The notes under the pieces were generated by a model. That model was not told the DNA's origin. It ran no database searches and was given only the letters and a program-made list of their open reading frames with translations. A stretch of DNA of 64,000 nucleotides. Source: Thalia democratica (Eukaryota). Shown one piece after another: positions 50,755 through 64,000 of the stretch (its first letter is position 1; each line of letters begins with the position of its first letter). The stretch spans positions 77,748,001 through 77,812,000 of the forward strand of contig OZ241827.1 of NCBI GenBank assembly GCA_965202585.1. Direction: 5' to 3'. The translations under genes and the position numbers were made by a program.

Positions 50755-53700
50755 GTCGGTAAAAGATTGATTAAAAGAAAATTCTAGTCCTAAAATAAGT
50801 ACATACTTTAAAATTTTATAAGAAAAAGTTAACTTTTAGTATTTTAACTTTATCAATTGTATTTAATGTGAATAACTTTTAATCTGAACTTTTTAAATCT
50901 AGTTTTTACTATTATGGACAAGTTATTTTCAGTTTAAAATGTTTTAGTAGTATCATAACATGGTGTGTATTTTAAATAATAACTAGCCTGATTTTTCTTG
51001 TTTTCATAGTTAATATATCCTCTTTTTATACTTTTAAAACTGTCTAAGGTTCAAAGAAAACATAATATAAATTTTTAGTTTTTATAAAAATTTTGCACAT
51101 AATTTTAAAGTTAGAACATAAAAGATTTAATTAATTTTACATATAAACATAAAATCCGATTTTAATTAATTTTTTAAAGTTATTTTATTTTTATCTGACA
51201 ATCAAAAAACTTTCTAAAAAAGTTTTTAAATTTTAATTTTTTCAAAACCCAAGGTTTAAGTAAACAAGTTCAGTTGAATTTAATGAATTTTTGTTCAAAC
51301 AAAACTTAAATAATTGTTTTGGAATTTTATATATTTCTTAAACAGTCAAACAATTGTTTGATACTTTTTGTTGAATCGTGACTTGTTCATGTTTGCATGT
51401 TTTGTTTTTCATACAAACAAGCAGTAATTGCATACCATACATTTAATCTTTAATTGTTTGTAAATGTTTATAAACTATTGTAAAAATTTCCAAGTCTCAG
51501 TATATATAAACGTTTAAACTACCATAACATTTTATTCCAATATTTATTTTAACAGTTTATTACTAACAAAACTATGTTTTACTCCAATACTTGCATATAG
51601 GAGATCCTCAGTTGTTGTAAATAGATCTGAAAAATATTTTTTGAACCAATGAATGGAAGTTCCATACATAGCTAAACAATAAAATTACATAAAAGTTTTA
51701 TAAGTTTAAAGACAGTGTAGTTATATTTGTTAAATTTACTTATAAACAAGGAAAGTATTTTTTGATAAACAAAAGCTTTCAATGTATACATATTAATAAC
51801 TTGTTTAAACGATCAAGAAATTCTGCAAAAACAACTACTGATGCCTTCTTATTGAAGATTATCGGTGTAAATAGCAAAAAGAAAATTTATTTTTCTGAAA
51901 CGGATGTGCTCTATAAAGCTTGTTTATCACTAAACCTGGTTATTACGTCACAGTAGTGCCCTTAAGCTGCACTAGTAATTTCTCCAAAAATTTCAATGAA
52001 GCTACTTGATGAAGTGAAACAGTTATGATGCTTGATTTTTCTTACTTGAATAAAAAGCTTATACAGACATCCTTAAAAAATATATGTTGTACAAGCATTT
52101 TAAATATTATTGTTTGTCTATTGTCTAGTTTTATCTGAAGGCAGTTATGTACTTATAAAACAAGTTTTAAAACTTACTATAACAATATTTTTATTGTGTT
52201 TCTTTTTTTTTAAAGAAATAAACAAATTAAAACACAAACTTATTTTTGTTCTATGTTTAAATTTTTGGATTTTATTCTTTAAATATCATAAAATTACTTG
52301 AGGTTATAGTCGTTCTCTTATCTTAGGAAACAAAATAGTTTGAATAAAACGGATTCTTACTTATATTTAATGACAAATAAAGTGCAAAATTTTTATCTAT
52401 GCTAATCTTTAAAGTTACAGTGATCTTAAACCAAGACTATCAAGAAAGCACAGATTTTTGCTTTTTTTTTTCTTTATTAAGTTTTATCTTCGAAAAAAGG
52501 TAAAATACTGAATTCTTAATCGATTTATATGACAAATTTCTTTAATATATGATTTGAAACATTTATGAGAGAGTAATTTGAAGTTGAATTAGATTTTTTT
52601 AGTTAAGCCAAGTACTAAGATATTTGTATTTAAATTTGATGCTTTTGCTTCTGTTAAAGTTTTAGCTGCTACATGAGCAATTAATCTTGTGTAATTGAAA
52701 CAAAAAGACAAAAATGCAATAGCTAAATACAGGTAAAAAGATTCAAGAAAGTGTTTTAAATTTGCTTAAAGTTTCAATTTTGGTTGAAAATTTACAAAGA
52801 AGAATTAAACACGAATAATAACAACAAAAGAAATAAACTTTACCCGCTAAATACACAAATGAGTAGAATGGTGAATATTTGAAGCTTGTTTAAGTTACAC
52901 AAAAGATTCTCGACAGTTTATAAGTATTTGTGCCAACAAAAAACTACTTTTCATTTCAAAAAGAGCAAGAAAATAATGGTAGGGTGGGGCATGAGCCATA
53001 CCTTTTGTTTAGGAAGTTGAGTTTATTCAACGCAGATTCTTAATTTGAAAGAATAGAATAAATTAACACCTTATTATTCTCTCCCTTTTTGAAGTCATGC
53101 TTAGTTGGGTTTTAGCTCGTTTTTGTTGTTTTTGTATTGGTAGAGTTTGAAGAAAATTTAAAGTCTTAAGTACAAATACACAACTTTTTTATTCTAACAA
53201 ATTTAATTTTTGTAAACCAAAAACAATCTTAGAAAAACTTTTGAATAACCAAGTAGCGAGAATACTTTTTATAAAAATAATTTTAAATAATAACTAATAA
53301 TTTTTTGTATATAATCCATCCATTTTGTATAAAAAATCTTAGTATTTCTTCTATGAGAATTACTTCACAGTTTCAGTATTATTTTAATTTTAAATGACAG
53401 CAAAACATTAAGTCCCATGATAATAAAAATCGGTCAACTACGTACAATATAAAGCATTAAAATACACATCAAATTCTAGTTTGACACAAAAACTATCATG
53501 TTGAATTACAGCAGAGAAAATTTCCTCAAAATGACAGCGGATATGTATACAAAAGTCTCATTTGTCAGCTGTTTTCTTTTATGGTGCACTTGTTTTTAAT
53601 TTAAGATGACAGGCAAAAACTAGAACTTAAACTTCGGGCTCTTTGTCTAAAGAACAATTTCAGTCAAAATTTTAAGTTTTTTTTCCATAAAGTTCTTTCC

Positions 53701-54770
53701 TGTGTTAATGCATATAACTTATATCAGATATTCATTTTTGCAAAATATCAATTTGAAGTAATTTTATATTTTTGTATCTAATTCACCCAGTTAGTATAAA
53801 AAATCTTAGTATTTCTTCTGTGAGATTTACTTAACAGTTTCAGTAAAAAAACAAATAGTTGTAAAAACATAAAAATTTTGAACACAACTACTTTACGATA
53901 TTAGTTTTATTCAATATATTATCTTTAAAAAATGGTTTTTGAAAATAAAAATCTACTAAAAATATACTGACTGTAAAAAATGTGTGAAAAAATTCTATCA
54001 GTAACATATGTATGCCCTTAATTAATTTGATACAGCATATGTTTTAAATGATCCTGTTCTTTTTTAGTTTTACTTAAATTCAAGTAATTTATCATTACGC
54101 CTGTAAGACTTATTTATAAACAGAAGCATACTGGAAATATGTTTGGACATGCTTTTTTAATTATTTTTTTGTGTTGTCTGGTTTAGGAATTACCTCCTAC
54201 TTAATCCTTTTGAAATTAAGTTTTCTTCAATAAACATTTTGTAGCTTTATTTGTGTAACTTTTTTTCAATTTTAAAATGCAATTTTCTCAAGCTAAGTTA
54301 TTATTTTCGTTTAGAAGCATTCAAGTTTACATATATTGTGTTATGTTTCTTTTAATATATTTAGCTAATAAGGTACTATGACTATTCTCTCTTTTTTAAA
54401 CATTAATTATGATCTAAATAATAATCGAACACGTATTTTTTGTACTGATTATTATAAACAACAATTTTTTTCTATTTTGAAAATATAACTTTTGAATTTT
54501 TATCAAGGTGTTTTTTTTTAATTCAGTTTAAAAAACTGTAATCATTTAGAAAAAAACAACATTTAAAACTTATGATAAAAATTGTAAACAATTAGAATTA
54601 AATTGTCGGAAAAAAATATATCAATATCAGTTACTTTTGTTTACATAAAAAAAAAGTTAGAAATTATTTTCATCAAATCGTATTTTCCTAAACAAATTTT
54701 TACTTACTTAAAATAATAAAAACAAATTAACTTAAAAACATGTTAAAAATAGACTTTTAATATTTTTCAG

Positions 54771-57700
54771 GACAAGTAATTCTTGCTCGATTACTTGACA
54801 GAGATATGGAAAAATATCATTGGCTTACAATAGCAAAACGTGATAAGCAGGGTTCATATCTATCTGAAGACTACATAAATGTAGCAGTGACAGTTATGGA
54901 TGTCAATGACAACTATCCAGTTTCTGACCAGCCAAGCTACAATATCTCGTTAGTTATACAGAACATGTTATGTTATGATTAAACTATAATAGTATTAACT
55001 GCAAATTGTTTTAAAACTAAAAAAAAGGTACATTAAAACAAAAATTTTAGTGAAACTTGTTTGTAAATAAACTTTTTTTTTACTTTACGTTTATTACAAA
55101 ATCTTAAAGTATCTTAAAAACTACAACATTTTAATTTGTATACTTGTTAAAAAATTTATATTATTTATTTTTAAACGTTAAAGCAAATAGTTGCAAAAAG
55201 TAAATTAAATATTAGTTAATTACAGTGTGGATTTGACACCCGTTAACACTACTATATTAAATATACAAGCTTCTGACAAAGATGAAGGTTTAAATGGAAA
55301 GTTTACATACTCTATCTTGAAAACAGAAGTATTCAAAATAAGTCCCGAAACAGGTCAACTTTAAAAGTATTTATGTGTTTGTTAACTATTTTTGAAGTAC
55401 AGAAAATTTGTAAAAAAAAAGTTTATTAAGCTAGCGTTCAGCAACATTAAAGGATTAAAAATTAAAATTTTAAACAGAAAATGTGTTATCCATTTAGTTG
55501 ATATAGGTCTATTAGAACATTTTTAATATAACTGTTTATAAAAATTTATAATTTAAAAAAACAACAAATAAATTTCATAGTTTTATATTTTAAGTTCATA
55601 GAAGTTGTTTTGTTTAAATTTATAAAACCCCTTAGCTCATATCTATTTTTTAACGTATGTATCTATTTTTTTGTACTACTTATAACCTTTATTGTTTATT
55701 AGTATAAGATATTTATATTTACCGTTTATTAGTATAAGATATTTATATTTACCGTTTAAATAATGAGTTTGTTGGTAAATTACTATAATTTGTAAAAAAT
55801 ATTAAAAACTATGAGTTTAAGCGTATGTTAAAAAAGATCCAAGCGAAACGAATTCACTGGAATATGTAATAATAGTACAAATCGCTCAACATTCTTTAAT
55901 TTTAAAAACAACTTATATCAAGTAAATTTTTTATGTAGTTAAACTTCATCTTGTTGTAGTAAATCCATATTAAAAAAACATGCTTTCTGACATAATAAAA
56001 AAAAGTTAAAATTCAAATACAGTTAAAGGCAAAATCATTAGCGGAATATAATCAAATATATTCTCAAACTGTTTTTACTGTTACTGCTGATATTTTGTTA
56101 AAAATTTTACGTAGTAAAATTTAGTACATACATCATAAAGTTCAACGCGACGTCAAAATTTTTAAACGTGGTTTTTTGTCATTTTAATTAGTTTTTGTCT
56201 ACTTTTGTATGTACTTAGCTGAAAAATGTAGCCATGTAAAGGTCAAAACGTTTGTCAATATTATAGGTATGCTAACGATAGTAATTAGTATTTAAACTTA
56301 AAACATAGAATGCACTTGTTAAGTACACTCTCAAATAACACGTTTGGCTACAACCAAACGTACACTTACGAATAAAACAATCTGCTAGAGCTATAACGAA
56401 TTCGGTTACATCAAAAAAATATAAGTTTGACTAAAAAGATACTGAGTTTTACACACTTATATCTGTTTTAAATTTATATTTAATTAAACATTGTTTCCTT
56501 TGTTGTACATGAAAATTTAGATATACTATCAAAAATAAATATGTAGATTGATTCTATAATAAAACACAATATTTAAGTTGTAAAATGTTAACAAGATTTT
56601 AATAAAGTCTCAAAGTTGAAAAAACAAAACTTATATGACCTGTAAGTCACAATAAAAACTAAATTCACTCACAATACCCTGTAAGATTACAAAAGAAACC
56701 CAAATTAAACAAGTGAAACCGCTCTCACAGAAAGTGAGCTAATCCCTATTTACTTTTACCGTTTTATTTAGCTAGTCAAAAGCTATTTTGAATGTCTTTT
56801 GTAAATCAGTAGCGCGTAGAAGTAAAAAGATGACATTTAAATTTACGTGTGATTAGACATATTAAAAATCGCGGTGTATATAAAAAGCTAATTCCAACCG
56901 GATGTTAATAAAGTTGTTAAATTTAGTTTGTCAAATATAATTTAATATAATACTGTTAAAAAGCAATAAGTGAAATATAAAGTATTTTTTTTAGTTTAAG
57001 TTATCCTAAACCAAGCCTATAATTTGGTAAAACTGTTTATTTTTATTTTGAATAAGGGGTTTGTTTGATAAACTGATGTCTGGCTGGTTTATTTTATTTC
57101 AAAAGCTTTGAATTAATATTTTAAAACACATTTAAAGTGTAATATATTCTTTTTAAACTTCAAATATCGTTTTTGCTTAAAAAAATTTTTAAACTATCAT
57201 CTACACAAATAAGAATTTTATAATAAAAATAACATTGACATAGTTTTGGTAATAGAAATGTATACCTAAATTGTGTTCCACAATAGTGTAAAAAACTACC
57301 TATTTATACTTAAAAAGTAAAAATAATACACATACCTGTTTTAGTAAATGCGCATAGGTTGTGCTTAACACTTTAAAAATTACCTTCAAAACATTAAATT
57401 GCCATAGAAACAAAAGAACCGAAACAAATTGTAAAATTGGTCATAATAGCCAAGAGTTTGTTTACATTCACTAGGAAGATCAAACGCAGTTAAACTGCTC
57501 ATTTAACAATTATTTGTTTTAAAGCAACAATGGTTTGTAAGTGAACTTGTTTTGATTTGAAACATTGATCTAATTAAAAAAGACAACATGTAAAGTAGTA
57601 ATTAATTCCTGTTCATTTGATCCCTACCAATTATGCATAGCAGAGGTTAATTTTGTAAGCAAGTATTCTTAAATGATTCATAACTTAAGAAAAGATGGCT

Positions 57701-60700
57701 GTAAAAAAGTCACAGTTCATTAACTCAAATTTAAAAAAAAAATCGTAAATAAAATGTACATTAATTTTATCAAAGATAAAACATATCAAAAAGGAAATAC
57801 ACTTTTTTTTTACAGAGATTTTTAATTAGCATATCAACATCTTTTTTACACTTAGAGAATTATCTGCTTAAAACACTTACAGTCTTTTATTTTGTTTAAT
57901 TCAAAGGCTAAAAGAAATGATTAAAGTTTTCAGTTTTTAAGTAAGATAGCAATTGCTTGTGTTAATTAAGTTAAATTTGATTTTTAAATGATTTTACAAA
58001 ACAATATTTGTTTAATCGTACTATGTGTATTGTATCAATTATTGTTACGAAATATTGAATGAAGCTTTTAAATAAACACAAAACTTTTATTTTAAAAAAT
58101 CTTGTTTGTTCAAGAAATCATTATTCTTCACCAGTTTAAAAAAATCACATGTTTTTATTATATACGATTAGGGATTGTCTACTCAATGAAACACGTCAAA
58201 ATATTTGTGTAAACCACAATTACTTTAAAAATCTGAAATTCATCTGATAAAATAATAAAAATAAAATTAGAATTTTTTACATTTTTTTTTGGTTGAATTA
58301 AAACATAAAATTGGTAATTTATCAACTAATTTTATTGAAACGTCAGTTATGTAGATAAACAAGTATATATAATTCCTAATTAACAAAACATGGCATATGC
58401 ACTGAAGTAACCTCAAACTGAATGCAGCAAACATAAATTGATTGCTCTCAAATCTAATACTTGCGTTTAGTTTTAAATTTACAAATTAGATCTTATTATC
58501 ATTATTTTTGACAAATTTTTTTTTAAACTTTATTAAATACAAGAATAAACTTTTTTTAACTCTAAAGGTAAAAATTAAAACATTTCAAATAAAACTTTTC
58601 TGTCATAAAACCTACATTTTGAAATGAACAGTTATTAAATACGTTGTCAAAAGTTTTATACTGACTTTTAAAGTTGATTGTATCCTGTATTTTTATGTTT
58701 TTAGCAATCAATAACACTAAAGATTATTTGAAAACTCTAATGAACAAGATCTTTTGAACTATTTTACGGGTTGTTTGATGAGGTCAGACTTTGAATTTTC
58801 GTTTCCTTACAACAATATGCATTTGACAGCAAAAATATAAAAATTTGATATTAGCAGCCAGGTGTTTTATTTTTAATTTAAAAGATATTATAAAGTTACT
58901 ACTTCAACACCTATTTGTTTGTCTTAATTATTTGAAATATAAAGCTTACTTAACAAAACAAAGTGTATGTGTTTAACATCAAAATAAATTTAAACTAGTC
59001 TGTATAACTTGTTTAAAATGTAAACCTAAAATAAATAATTATTTTCATTAACTTGGTTTTCTGTGGTGTATAATTTATAAAATTGAACAGAAACGTCGTT
59101 AAACAATCGTTTTTATTAAATAGTTAAAATACTGACTATTACTGTAAAGTTCATAATATATATGTTATTCTTTACACTCGTATATACAGTAAAATAAACG
59201 ACTGTTGAAAGGAAATCTTTTAAAAGCTTTAATTACTTTATTTTTCTAAATGGAATCAAAAACAAAAAATATTAAAAAACTAAAAACAATCTAAAGAGTA
59301 ATACACTTGATGTTATAACACAGTTATAAAAAGTTGTACGACAACAAAAACAAGTCAGTTAAATTTTTGACAAAAACTTCTTGTGTTTAAAATAAAACTA
59401 CAGTAAGGTACATAGGATAATAATAAAAAAGAACAAATAAAAACGTTCATGCAAAACTGTTACTTCTCAGCAGGAGACTAGTTTACAAAATATAATAAAA
59501 TTTAGACAACTTGGGTGGTTACTTCAAAGGAAACCATAAGTCTTAAAATATTATTTTACCTATAAACTTTATAGAATTGTTTATTGTTTATTACCACAAA
59601 GATAAACAAATAACGTAATCGTAGAAGAGTAATTTATCATAATTTGTTGTCTTATAAACATTAACCAAGTGGTTCTGTTTATTAACAAAAACGCTACCCT
59701 AGCTTATATTAAGATTTAAATAAACATAAGATTTTAAAGTTTTAGTTAATTTTTATTACGTTTTTTCCTTTATATTAGCTTATATTAAATAATTAAATAA
59801 AAAACATTTTTAAATGAAATTCTTTTTGTGCTTTTAAAACAGCTTAAAGTATTTAAAGTTTTGTAAATGAAAAACATCAAAAAAAGTATTTTAATTTTCA
59901 CAGCATTCCCACGCTTTGTAGTTCTGTGTGATTTTACCGCAATTATGACGTAATTAAGAATATATAAATTGAATTTGTTTAAAGCCAAGTTTCTGTACAA
60001 CTAAACAAAACTAAATGTAATTATGTATTTGTGTATTAGGATAATTTATAAACTACTTTTACAATAGTTTTAACTCTATTATTTAATAAACTGAAAATAA
60101 TTAAAATGAACAAAATGTTTTAAGACTAGAGTATACGTTAGGTAAATAATACTTGTATTTTTATTTATTAATTCTTTTATAATTGACAAAGTTTAATTTT
60201 ATTAACATTTATACGTAGTTTCTCTATAAATTAAAAAAAGACAACGTTTAATAACTAATAGAAGAAATAAGAATGTTAATTAAGAATTAGTTTATTTTTT
60301 CAAATGTTTAATTTTTAATGATGTAGTGTAAAACTAAATAAAGAAGTAATTCTTAAGTTTTATATAAAAAGTAAACTAAAAATTAGTTATGTTTTACTAT
60401 TTTTTTACCTGTTTTAAATCTATTTCTAGGTCAAATTTACACTGCAAAAGAGCTGGTACCAAATGTACTTGATGGATTAAAACAAATTTCGTTCGTTGTA
60501 AGTTTTAATTCAAATATTCATGAAACTATTTATAAAGTTTAGTCTAAACTCAAGATTTTATAATGTAATATGACTCAACTTAAAAGCATAAGTTTTAAAT
60601 TTTAATCTTCATTTAGTTTTATAATGATTTCTGAGGTTTTCAATTTACAAAAAACTGAACGTAATTTTTTTATAGCTGTGTTGATAGATATATTTATCTA

Positions 60701-63072
60701 TCTTTAAAAGGTAAATGAGTGGAGTATATTTTATATCTTAAAGTAGCTTTTTTGTTTAAAACTTTATTTAAATTCTTGATTGTATTTAAAATTGTTAAGA
60801 TTAAATAACGTAATTTCAAAAATTACTTAAAAAATAGAGAATACTTAAAACTTATCAAAATTTTGTTCAAAGTTACGATTTTATGACGTAAAAAAAAACC
60901 CCGTCGTGAAATGAACTGTAAATTTTTGACACAATTTATTTTTTTGTATTTTTGCATAAATCTATATTATTGAACTCTTGTACAATTGGTAACTTCATAC
61001 TGAATAATAATGAAAACTTATTAAACTTACTTTATTTACTTTAAGTTTAATTGAAGCTCCTTTCTTCTTTTAATAATGTTTGTTATATAATACCTAAATA
61101 TTTGTACTAAACTACTAAAAAAATGTTTTTTTTTTTTGGTTTACTTGTTGTACACATTTTTAAGTTTAATTAATCTTAAATAATGATAAGTTTAAACTGT
61201 ACTTAAATAAAAAGCTAAAATAACTTTTATATTTTAATTACATTTCAAAACTAGAATACAGAAATTGACAAAAAGTATAAAGCTAGCTCTACTTTTTCAT
61301 GTTTTCTTATAATATTAACAACTTTATCTCAAAGGTTTATGTTGCTATCAGAAAAACTTCTACTTAACAATACATAATATTATCAAACAAATTCTAATTT
61401 GACATATTTAAAAAGTATTTTAGCAAACAATCTACACAATATTAGCAGTAAATTTAAATTCGAATTACTCATAAAATTTTCGACAAATCCTTAAAAAAAA
61501 AATTCTTTCTGATGACAGTTTCCAGATTTTACACTTTAAATTCATAATTTTTTTATTACTAGATTCTTAAGCTCTGCACTTATGTATTCTTTTTCTATGA
61601 CCTTACTGATTAAATAAATCAAAAACCACTAAAAGAAAGCAGTCGATTTATTTTCTTCGCGTAATTAATTATGACAACAATAAATATTTCAAATTGACCT
61701 TGACTTACGATTGTTTAGAGAAAAGGTTTAATAGTTTAAATAAAAAAGTTTTTACTTTTCCAAGAAAAACACTTGTGTTTTTAATTAACCAAAAAGTTAT
61801 AAGCAAACAACTTTATAATAAATATCATGAAGTTTAATGCTATTTTATTTACGGTTTATTTAGGAAACTGTTTTGTATTTTTATCTATAATGCGTTTTCA
61901 AGCTAGGTAAGTTATCATAATTAACTGATCATAAATCAAGTCGTTTTATTTTCACATGAAGTTAGCTTTAGTAAAGAACATCTACTGTTTACTAACAATT
62001 ATTAATTTTTTTTAATTTGTAAGGTAAATATGGAAGATAAAGGAGTACCAAGTTTATCATCTCAAGTTTCAGTGACTATAAACTTTAACCAGAAAAACTT
62101 TAATGAAGGTGGACTTTTTATTTGGTCAGATAATAATTTATTGTCGGATATTCGGTTATGGAGAAACGAACAAGATTCACAAGAAATGTCAGTTGTTAAT
62201 TTAATTTTGATTTTTTACACGTTTATTTAATTATTAAGCCAAAAAAAAGTTTCCTTTTACGTTTTTGTTTAATTTAAATAAGATGAATTACAATAAAATA
62301 GTGTATAATTACAAACAATTATTTTAACCAACTAAAGTATTAGTTTTTTATCTAATTTTTTGAAACTTTACGAAAAAATTTATAGAGTTTTTATTGATCT
62401 GTTTTATTAGAAGTTAAAAACCCTTCGATTTTTAAATATTAATGATGATAAATAGGTCTAATGAAACATTTAATACCATTATGTTGTATTTAAACTACAG
62501 AATTCGAATAAAAGCATATGGTACTCACCAAGAAGCAGTAAATATTAAATACTCATTGATTGAAACGTATGATTACATAATAGATGAAAATACTGGAGTT
62601 ATACACACAAGTAGCAGCAACTACCAACTAAACACAGTGAAAACAATTAGGGTAAATTTTTAGTTAAAAGATTTTCTACTGTAAGTGTTAAAAAAAAATT
62701 TTAGCAGAGTACTTTAAATTTAAAAAAAGTTTTATACTTACTCTAAGTCCTTAATTATTACTATAGTGTTAGAAAAGAAGATTTTCTGCTTTTTAATTTC
62801 TTTTTAAGTCAAAATTAAATTTAATCGTTAGAATAACTATTTACAGGTAAAAGCAACGGACAAGTATTCTAATGAAGCTTTTGTACAATTAGCCATAACC
62901 TGGGTTGAACGACCAAGCTTGCAAAGAAAGTCTAAACTTGCATTTGAAGAGAAAATTCATAGGTACAAACATCAGGAACATACGAGTTTCAAACCTTACA
63001 GTGACAGATTTATAGCAAACATCAAACATGTAAAATCAATAAACAACAAAAACTTGCAGTATATGTTAATTG
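54771..63072 (+). CDS. FAT1-like: Copy B of the Fat cadherin: six intact exons paralogous to copy A exons 1-6; continues beyond window; coding status uncertain
   Basis: Exons 54771-54948, 55226-55353 (in-frame 3-nt deletion), 60430-60497, 62024-62187, 62501-62651, 62847-63072. Splice sites are preserved and there are no stops or frameshifts; about 22 amino-acid differences from A (hand count). Confidence 0.75.
55695..55754 (+). repeat. Perfect 30-bp tandem duplication in a copy B intron
   Basis: TTTATTAGTATAAGATATTTATATTTACCG x2; the copy A equivalent (about 17525-17580) has a single diverged unit. Confidence 0.9.
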
Positions 63073-64000
63073 GTTAGTAAAAAAAAACTATTCTGTGCAA
63101 GTATAACATCAAAAAAAAAACTTCGCGATAAAAAAAAATAAGTTTTTTTTTGATAAATGTTTCAATAAAACATCTCTATTTTTTGCACAACACAACTACA
63201 TGAATAATTACAGTTGAGTTAGCTCAAATCTAAGATATTATGTTTACTAGTTATGCATAAAAATGCACTCTAATTAAACTTCGACACATTATAAGAGACA
63301 AAAATGTTGTAGTTAAGTCACATAATAAAAAAATACTTAAGGTTCTAACTCGAAAAAAGATACTTACTTTGTTTAGAAAAACTTTACTAGCTTTTTTGAT
63401 AGCCTTGAAAGAAATTTTAACATTATATAAACTAATAACATCAGACGAAAACTAACAAAAACATGTTATTATGTATCATAATAAAAGTTAATGTGTAACA
63501 GAAACTTCTAATCCGACAACACATTGACCCGATAATCAGACAAAATAAACCGATAATCCGTCTAATGCGGTTTAACACTGTTAACTAAAATATTTTGATA
63601 GTTCTTAAAGTTGTTTATCAAAAAAGTTATATTTACTAAGTCAAACATAGTTTGATAATTGTTGCTTAAATCTTTTAAGTATTTATTTTTTATTTAAAAG
63701 AAACTTAAATTTATACCTTTTAAAACTGAGCGCAGCTAAACAAATTAATTAACTTTTTATTTTATGTTTTCAAATTGAATAATTATTTTTGACTCTCACT
63801 CGTTAAAATCTTACACATAAGTAAAACAACAATAAATGTTGTAAAGTATAATTGACACAACCCTTAAAAACACATTCATTTTTGAGAAAGCAATTGATCA
63901 ACTCAATCGATTTTTTGTCACCAGAGAATATCAATTTACTGCAGCTTATATCCGCCTCAAATGTAAAATATTTACTTTATATAAAAGATTTTGATTAATT

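Larger units (their letters stand above)
52750..64000 (+). repeat. Segmental tandem duplication, copy B side (pairs with about 14700-25687)
   Basis: Same alignment; near-identical from about 59.1 kb onward, visibly more diverged and indel-rich at 52.7-58.7 kb. Confidence 0.95.

Noticed and set aside
1-64000. CRISPR arrays, rRNA/tRNA genes, prokaryotic systems, intact transposases
   Set aside because: None seen. The DNA is a spliced eukaryotic locus, and the repeats are segmental duplications rather than repeat-spacer arrays.

Overview
AT-rich, intron-dense animal genomic DNA. A tunicate/ascidian origin is my inference from composition and motif usage, not something the sequence proves. The window holds a FAT1/2/3-type giant cadherin locus on the + strand, present in several duplicated pieces. 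Copy A (16657-47179) could be threaded by hand through 51 GT-AG exons with consistent phases and no internal stop. That gives 10,670 nt (about 3,555 aa): about 25 cadherin repeats (second half of EC10 to EC34 by analogy to FAT1), EGF, one laminin-G, further EGFs, a transmembrane helix, and a cytoplasmic tail with PxxPxRP, YAWDVSDW and HPDQYLP motifs. Its 5' exons (signal peptide, EC1-EC10a) are not in the window. Upstream lie two decayed partial duplicates of its own internal exons (P1 about 3.4-4.5 kb, P2 about 4.6-13.5 kb) and an orphan minus-strand exon. Downstream, about 38.1-38.3 kb offset, a second copy (B) begins. B's upstream EC8-EC10a exon is wrecked by stops and frameshifts, but its next six exons are intact and run off the right edge. 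Main leads: (1) the dead-head/intact-body architecture of B, explained either by gene conversion or by use as an alternative 3' module behind shared 5' exons; (2) at least 20 perfect TGACGTCA palindromes inside coding exons, in two reading frames, coinciding with GC/CpG-rich exon islands; (3) a symmetric 51-nt micro-exon at the position where vertebrate FAT1/3 carry alternative inserts. All counts are manual. No alignment or database search was run.
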